Part shown: positions 22,466 to 22,540 of the stretch, in pieces
Layout of the letters: each line of letters starts with the position of its first letter
How positions within the stretch are numbered: position 1 is the first letter of the stretch
Assembly: GCA_044866005.1 (NCBI GenBank)
Contig: JBIOTN010000015.1
Location: 1-22,540 of the forward strand
DNA length: 22,540 nt
Direction: 5' to 3'
Source of the DNA: Candidatus Rokuibacteriota bacterium
GTDB lineage: Bacteria > Methylomirabilota > Methylomirabilia > Rokubacteriales > DASRDR01
Program-made: the position numbers and the translations under genes
The notes under the pieces: model-generated
Told to the model about the DNA's origin: nothing
The model's input: only the letters and a program-made list of their open reading frames with translations
Database searches by the model: none

Positions 22466-22540
22466 GGGGGGAGGCAGGCCCGATGCGTTCGCCGAAGGGC
22501 GAACGCCGCGGCTTCGCCGCGAGGGCCGTGGGGGGGGGGG
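22466..22540 (+). repeat. Structured repeat family C, right copy (runs off window edge)
   Basis: 18-nt match to 22-39, hairpin CGTTCGCC-GAAG-GGCGAACG (22486-22505), second hairpin CGCGGC-TTC-GCCGCG (22507-22521), terminal G run. Confidence 0.8.

Noticed and set aside
22530..22540. Terminal poly-G run as a G-quadruplex or phase-variable tract
   Set aside because: It lies at the sequence edge inside a repeat, so its length is unreliable and may be an assembly artefact.

Overview
A very GC-rich bacterial segment. Gene content and intergenic repeats are reminiscent of Candidatus Rokubacteria/Methylomirabilota, which is an inference only. It holds about 24 credible CDSs and no rRNA, tRNA, CRISPR array, transposase or integrase. 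In order: two lipoproteins, a Gfo/Idh/MocA oxidoreductase divergent from a thiolase-DUF35-deacetylase operon, a small CxxC/HxxC protein, a DUF748 protein divergent from a four-repeat OmpA/Pal-domain protein and its coupled secreted partner, a type III PKS-methyltransferase-FAD oxidoreductase cluster followed by a SirB1-like gene, a thioesterase/secreted orphan/Zn-ADH unit, an AraC-LysE-RraA block (RraA lower in GC), a small membrane protein, an SDR, a strongly divergent ATP-PEPCK-like protein and a maltokinase. The intergenic DNA carries at least three families of structured repeats: a ~120-nt hairpin with tandem G.A mismatches (two full copies and one half copy), a double-hairpin element at gene 3' ends (two copies) and an element in inverted orientation at both window ends. 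There is also a ~190-nt rod-like hairpin. The most promising leads are the PEPCK-like enzyme, the structured repeat/RNA elements, the type III PKS cluster and the repeat-OmpA module. All family calls come from motif recognition by eye; no database search was run.
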